Below, piece after piece: positions 62,271 through 64,000 of a stretch of DNA of 64,000 nt; the first letter of the stretch is position 1, and each line of letters begins with the position of its first letter. Source of the DNA: a candidate division FCPU426 bacterium (GTDB lineage: Bacteria; Oederibacteriota; Muellerivitia; Muellerivitales; Muellerivitaceae); assembly GCA_963796105.1 (NCBI GenBank), contig CAWCKJ010000003.1:64001-128000 (forward strand). The letters are read 5' to 3'. Made by a program: the position numbers and the translations under genes. Under the pieces are notes generated by a model. It saw nothing but the letters and a program-made list of their open reading frames with translations. It did no database searches and had not been told where the DNA came from.

Positions 62271-63047
62271 ATGGACCGTGAGTTTCAAAAATCCATTTTT
62301 TACTCGGCCCTGTTCCACGCGCTTCTCTTCCTGATTTTTTTCCTGTTGTACCGTTCCTTCATCCTGGTGCGCACGCCCCTGCTGATGGACCTGACCCTGA
62401 TCGGGGAAATGTCGCAAGGCCAGGGCATGGGATCGCCGGCGCCCCACGCGGGAGCGGAACCAGGCCAAATGCCGCCGGCCCAAACCGCCGGTGAATTCTC
62501 GACCCCCCGGAAGGAAGCGGCGAAACCCCCGGTCCCGAATCACGAAAAACCCGAAGCCGCGGTTAAAAAGCCCTCGAAACCCAAGCTTCATTCCGGGAAC
62601 GCCAGCTCCGAATCCTACCTTGAAAGTTTGGAAAAGAAAGCCCCCATCGGGTTCAACATCAAAAAAGACGTCACTGGCGATATCAAGACCACCGCCGGTT
62701 TGGGCCAGGCAGGCGTGGCGGGGACTCCCGAAGGGAACCCCCAAATCGAGGGGGAACTGGCGGCCAGGAGCATCAAGCGCAGGGTGAATCCGGCCTACCC
62801 GGATTGGGCCAAAAAGCAGGGGATTGAGGCCACTGTGCGGTTCCATTTGACGGTGATGCCCAACGGTTTGTTGAAGGATGAACTGGATCTCGAGCAGACC
62901 TCGGGTTACCGCGAACTCGACCGAGTGGTGTACGAGGCCCTGATCCAATGGGAATTCGAGCCCCTGCCGCCGGAATTGCCCCAGGTGGACCAGTCCGGAA
63001 TCATCACCTTCACATTCAGCCTCAATAACGCCTCCTCCTTCCCATGA
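62271..63047 (+). CDS. tonB: Energy transducer TonB
   Basis: TM with S..FH motif, Pro/Lys-rich linker, P.YP.WA...GIE..V, TSGY.ELD, W.FEP. Confidence 0.85.
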   Translation: MDREFQKSIFYSALFHALLFLIFFLLYRSFILVRTPLLMDLTLIGEMSQGQGMGSPAPHAGAEPGQMPPAQTAGEFSTPRKEAAKPPVPNHEKPEAAVKKPSKPKLHSGNASSESYLESLEKKAPIGFNIKKDVTGDIKTTAGLGQAGVAGTPEGNPQIEGELAARSIKRRVNPAYPDWAKKQGIEATVRFHLTVMPNGLLKDELDLEQTSGYRELDRVVYEALIQWEFEPLPPELPQVDQSGIITFTFSLNNASSFP

Positions 63048-64000
63048 TTTATTTTTTGCTCGCGGGCGGGGCCCTTTTTTGGACCGGGTTGGCCCTGACC
63101 GCCTCGGCCCCGGGCATCGTTGGCGGGGACGCCCCGGAGTTGACCAGCGCGGCCTTCCATTTGGGCTCGGCCCACGCGCCAGGCTACCCCCTCTACGTGG
63201 CCCTGGTGAGGATCTTCCTTCAGATGCCTCTCGGGACCCCCGCTTTTCGATCCACCTTTTTTTCCATCTTGGTCCAGGGCGCAGCTTTCGTCATTCTAGC
63301 CCATGCCCTCAAGAACCTGCCAGGAAGCCGGCTGAGGGAAGGAGAAAGATGGGGCCTGGCGTTCCTGATATCCTGCCTGGTCATGTCAGGCCCACTGGTT
63401 TTCCACCAGTTCCTAAGTCCCGAGGTGTTCGCTCTCCACTTTTTTTTCATCGCCCTATTCCTGCTCCTGGTTTTCAAAAAGGATTCACTCGGTTTTCTGG
63501 CCACCGCTTTTGTTTCGGGCGCGGCCCTCACCCACCAGCATTTGGCCCTGCTGGTTCTCCCGGCCTTATTGTGGAATTACCGCTCCTTCCTTGGAAGACC
63601 CAAGACCCTTCTTTACGGGATTTCGTTATTCCTGTTGGGACTATCGGTTTACCTTCTTCTCCCCCTGCGGGCTGTCCAGCATCCATTGGCAAATTGGGGG
63701 CATCCGGATAATTTCCGACAATTTCTCTACCATCTGGGAAGGACCCAATACGGCGGAGACATTACCGGCGGAAAATTCATGAACGGCCTCCAGCTTCTTT
63801 GGCTCTATCTCAAGGATTATTTCCGTGAAATATTGGGATTGGGACTGCCCCTGGTTCTACTAGGTCTCTGGATAGGTTACCGTAGATTTAGTGTTGCCTA
63901 TTGGATCGGGTTCTCAACCCAATTCCTGTTGCTTCCTTTCCTGATCCGGGCCCCGAATGATCCTGAGAATAATTTCGTCAACGGGGCTTTCCTCACCCCC
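63044..64000 (+). CDS. DUF2723 family membrane protein (TMEM260-like), runs off window end; absent from the ORF track
   Basis: ATGA overlap with tonB stop; MIYFLL...GGDAPEL..AA..LGSAHAPGYPLY, PEVFALH, YLLLPLRA...P.ANWG.P, QYGG. Confidence 0.82.
   Translation, partial: MIYFLLAGGALFWTGLALTASAPGIVGGDAPELTSAAFHLGSAHAPGYPLYVALVRIFLQMPLGTPAFRSTFFSILVQGAAFVILAHALKNLPGSRLREGERWGLAFLISCLVMSGPLVFHQFLSPEVFALHFFFIALFLLLVFKKDSLGFLATAFVSGAALTHQHLALLVLPALLWNYRSFLGRPKTLLYGISLFLLGLSVYLLLPLRAVQHPLANWGHPDNFRQFLYHLGRTQYGGDITGGKFMNGLQLLWLYLKDYFREILGLGLPLVLLGLWIGYRRFSVAYWIGFSTQFLLLPFLIRAPNDPENNFVNGAFLTP

Overview
This is a 64 kb chromosomal window from a diderm, probably anaerobic bacterium: it encodes a 2-oxoacid:ferredoxin oxidoreductase, CODH/ACS, outer-membrane beta-barrels and TonB-ExbBD. 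In order it contains: korAB; a GT2 gene; two IS1595-family elements nested one inside the other, with both 8-bp target-site duplications intact; a membrane glycosylation cluster (giant PMT-like/DUF2298 fusion, second DUF2298 protein, two NHL proteins, Dpm1-like synthase); tRNA-Glu(CTC) followed by about 144-bp tandem repeats of its own 3' end plus terminator; and a CODH/ACS cluster led by a core (folate-independent type) methionine synthase, with an in-frame AcsB-AcsD fusion and no acsE in the window. Further on are a large secreted NHL/Thr-Pro protein, a 1.3 kb non-coding zone of helically phased tandem repeats, gmd-fcl, YfhO-, TMTC- and DUF2723-like GT-C proteins, and DAHP synthase-plsC-rpsA-TPR-barrel-exbBD-tonB. 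A dispersed intergenic repeat family (TCACCAC...GTGGTGAAA) recurs about ten times, most copies carrying an interchangeable triloop hairpin. All protein calls come from motif recognition by eye; no database searches were run.
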